From the human T2T-CHM13v2.0 reference genome, Homo sapiens: DNA of 64,000 bases. Below are positions 61,418 through 64,000 of this stretch, one piece after another. Position 1 is the stretch's first letter. The number at the start of each line of letters is the position of its first letter. Under the pieces are notes generated by a model that was given only the letters and a program-made list of their open reading frames with translations, searched no databases and was not told where the DNA came from. The position numbers were made by a program, and so were the translations under genes. The stretch is from contig CP068257.2 in the NCBI GenBank assembly GCA_009914755.4, positions 38,464,001 through 38,528,000 on the forward strand, read 5' to 3'.

Positions 61418-63226
61418 TGTGAATGTGTGGGGGGTGTGTGTGGTGTTTGTGGTATGCGATGTGCATGGTGTGTGTGCGCCTGTGTGTGTGGTGTGTGTGT
61501 ATGGTGTATGTGTGTGCTGTGTGTATGAGGTATATGTTGTGAGTAGCATGGGGTGTGTTACATGTGTTGTGTGATGTGTGGTGTGGTGAGTGGTGTATGT
61601 GGGGGGTGCGTGTGGGGTGTGCGTGGTGTGGTGTGTGTGTATGTGTGGTGTAGTGTGTGGTGTATTGGGGGTGTGTGTGGTGTGTGTGTGTGCATATGTA
61701 TGCGGAGTGTGTGTGGTGTATGTGGGGTTTGTGTATGTGTGGTGTGTGACATATACGGGGTGTGTGTGGTGTGGTATGTGGTGTAGGTGAGGTGTGTGTG
61801 GTGAGTGTGTGGTGTATGTGGGGTACGTGTGTGTGGGGGGTGTGTGTGGTGTGATATGTGGTGTATGTGTGGTGTGGTGTGTGGTGTATGTGTGGTGTGT
61901 GTGGTGTGTATGTATGTGGTGTGCAGTATATGTGGGCTGTATGTGTGGCATAGTGTGCAGTGTATGGGGGGTATGTGTATGTGTGGTATGTGTGGTGTGT
62001 GTACGTGTGGTGTGGTGTGTGGTGTATGTGGGGTGTATGTGTGGTGTGTGTGCATGTATATGTGGGGTGTGTGTGGTGTGTAAGTGTGGTGTGTGTGGTG
62101 TGTATGTGTGGTGTGGTACATGGTGTATATGGGGTGTGTGTGGTGTGGTGTGTGGTGTATGTGAGATGTGCCTGGGGTTATGGTGTGTGGTGTATGTGTG
62201 GTGTGTGTGTAGTGTGTGTGTAGTGTGTGTTGTGTGTGTGTGTATGTATGTGTGGTGTGTGTATGCATGAGTATGTGGGATGTGTGGTGTGGTGTGTGGT
62301 GTGTGTATGTGTGGTGTGTACATGTGGTGTGGTACATGGTGTATGTGGGGTGTGTGTGGTGTGGTATGTGGACCCTGAAAACCTGAGACAGGTCTCAGTT
62401 AATTTAGAAAGTTTATTTTGCGAAGGTTGAGGACGTACCCACAACACAGCTTCAGGAGGTCCTGACAACACGTGCCCAGGGTGGTCGGGGCACAGTTTGG
62501 TTTTATACATTTTAGGGAGACGTGAGACATCAATCAATATAGGTAAGAAGTATATTGGTTCGGTCTGGAAGGCAGGACAACCTGAAGCAAAGGCAAGAAG
62601 ACAGGAAGCGGGGAGGGGACTTACAGGTCACAGGTAGGTGAGAGGGGAAGGGTTGCGTTCTTCTGAGTTTCTGATCAGCCTTTCCAAAGGAGGCCATCAA
62701 ATATGCATCTATCTCAGTGAGCAGAGGGGTGACTTTGAATAGAATGGGAGGCAGGTTGGCCCTGAGCAGTTTCCAGCTTGACTTTTCCTTAGTGATTTTG
62801 GGGGCCAAAAAGATATTTTCCTTTCATAGGTGTATGTGGTGTTTGTGTACGTGTGGTGTGGTATGTGGTGTATATGGAGTGTGTGTCATGTGGTGGGTGA
62901 TGTACATGCAGTTTGTGTATGTGTATGAGGGGTGTGTGTCATGTGGCGTGTGGTATATGAGGGATGTGTGTGTGGTGTGATATGTGGTGTATGTGTGGTG
63001 TGTGTGTGTGGTATGCGTGGTGTGGTATGTGTGGTGTATGTGGGGTGTGTGTATGTGTGTTGTGTGTGCATGTGGGGTGTGTGAGGTGTGGTGTGTGTGG
63101 TGAGTGTGGGATATGTGTGGGTGTGGTGTGGTATGTGATGTTTGTGAGGTGTGTGTGTGGTATGTGTGGTGTGTGGTGTATGTGGGGTGCATGTATGTGT
63201 GGTGTGTGCGCACGTGTATGTGGTGT
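61418..63226. repeat. Degenerate TG/GT-rich minisatellite (imperfect (TGTGKGG)n-like units), two blocks (61418-62371 and 62829-63226) separated by the LTR-like element
   Basis: About 1.35 kb of 'gtgtgtggtgtatgtgggg' and similar motifs, with no long uninterrupted dinucleotide run. The long track ORFs here (61376..62323 and others, rich in His, Thr, Cys and Val) are translation artefacts. Confidence 0.9.
62372..62828 (+). repeat. Unclassified LTR-like interspersed repeat, copy B, embedded in the TG-rich minisatellite
   Basis: See copy A. Unique-looking sequence that interrupts the TG-rich array on both sides. Confidence 0.65.
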
Positions 63227-64000
63227 CGGTCAGCAGTCACTTCCTGCTCAGTGTCTGTGGGAATCCAGCCAGTCCCGGAGGCTGCAGTCTGGGGAGTTTG
63301 TGCAAAAGTGTCCAGTAGCCCCGTGAACTGACCTGCCTCATAAACGAAATCTCTCAGGTAGCAGGAAGAGTGACCATTCGCAGGCAGGTTCATGTTTCTG
63401 AAGGTTTCTTGCTTATCTTTCGGAAATGAAGTGCAGACTTCTACATCGCACATTTATCTCATCACTTTGATTTTAATCCCATGAGTGAAAGTATCTTTAA
63501 AAAGCTGCATGCACACTCCCAAGCATTTCTTTGTTTAAAGAATTATGTTTTTGAATATTCAAGTTTTCAAAGCTTTAAAGGTATGAAGCCACATCTTTCA
63601 TTTTAGAATGAAGATACCAGCAGGCAATGCTAGCAAATGTGAGTGAGCTTAGAAAATATGGGTGATGTGGATGAAGTCACCACTGGATTCTGAAATATTT
63701 CCAATAAGAACAGAAAAGACATCTTAGCATAACACTGCCTTTCAAAGAACATTAAGGGTATTTAATTTCATCCACTCAATATAAGGAGTAGAAATCAGAA
63801 GAAACATATGTAATGATATCCTATGGTATTTTGTCCATAAAAATAGATGACTTTTGCAAATTTTCATTGCTCTTTACTCTGGGGTGTTTTAAAACTTGTG
63901 TTTAGGTGGGAGGGGTGAAGGTGTTACAGAATCATCTACTTAAATCTGCCCTTCTGTGGGGCTGTCCCTTCTTGGGTCTGTGGTTCTGTATTCATTAGCA

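Noticed and set aside
61376-63453. Very long ORFs on both strands (up to 315 aa), rich in His-Thr or Cys-Val-Gly
   Set aside because: These are translations of the TG-rich minisatellite. Low-complexity repeats lack stop codons in several frames.

Overview
This window is human (primate) genomic DNA, not a prokaryotic locus. It holds a block of eight consecutive coding exons on the minus strand, set in long introns full of interspersed repeats. The exons are short (99-291 bp) and have canonical AG/GT boundaries. Their translations read continuously into a protein that I recognise from memory as the C-terminal extracellular part of DSCAM (Down syndrome cell adhesion molecule, chr21q22). In gene order this covers the end of FN3 domain 3, FN3 domain 4, Ig domain 10, FN3 domain 5 and the first exon of FN3 domain 6. 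The rest of the window is intron. It contains several Alu elements (AluY and AluS), four THE1/MST-type solo LTRs with 5-bp target-site duplications, and a nested LINE-1 cluster at about 28.5-39.5 kb. That cluster is an old twin-primed (5'-inverted) L1 that was later hit by a THE1 LTR and by a full-length but ORF-disrupted L1PA element. Also present are old L1 3'-end fragments, a MER1-like hAT MITE, (AC)n, (GAAA)n and purine-rich microsatellites, several short tandem duplications, and a ~1.8-kb degenerate TG-rich minisatellite split by an LTR-like repeat whose inverted homolog lies at about 19.2 kb. Most long ORFs in the six-frame track are artefacts of these repeats (L1 ORF2 pieces, Alu, TG-repeat translation). 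I see no undescribed biological system: the window is explained by DSCAM exons plus ordinary primate retroelement history, and the most interesting parts are the exon and intron-phase architecture and the nested retrotransposon cluster.
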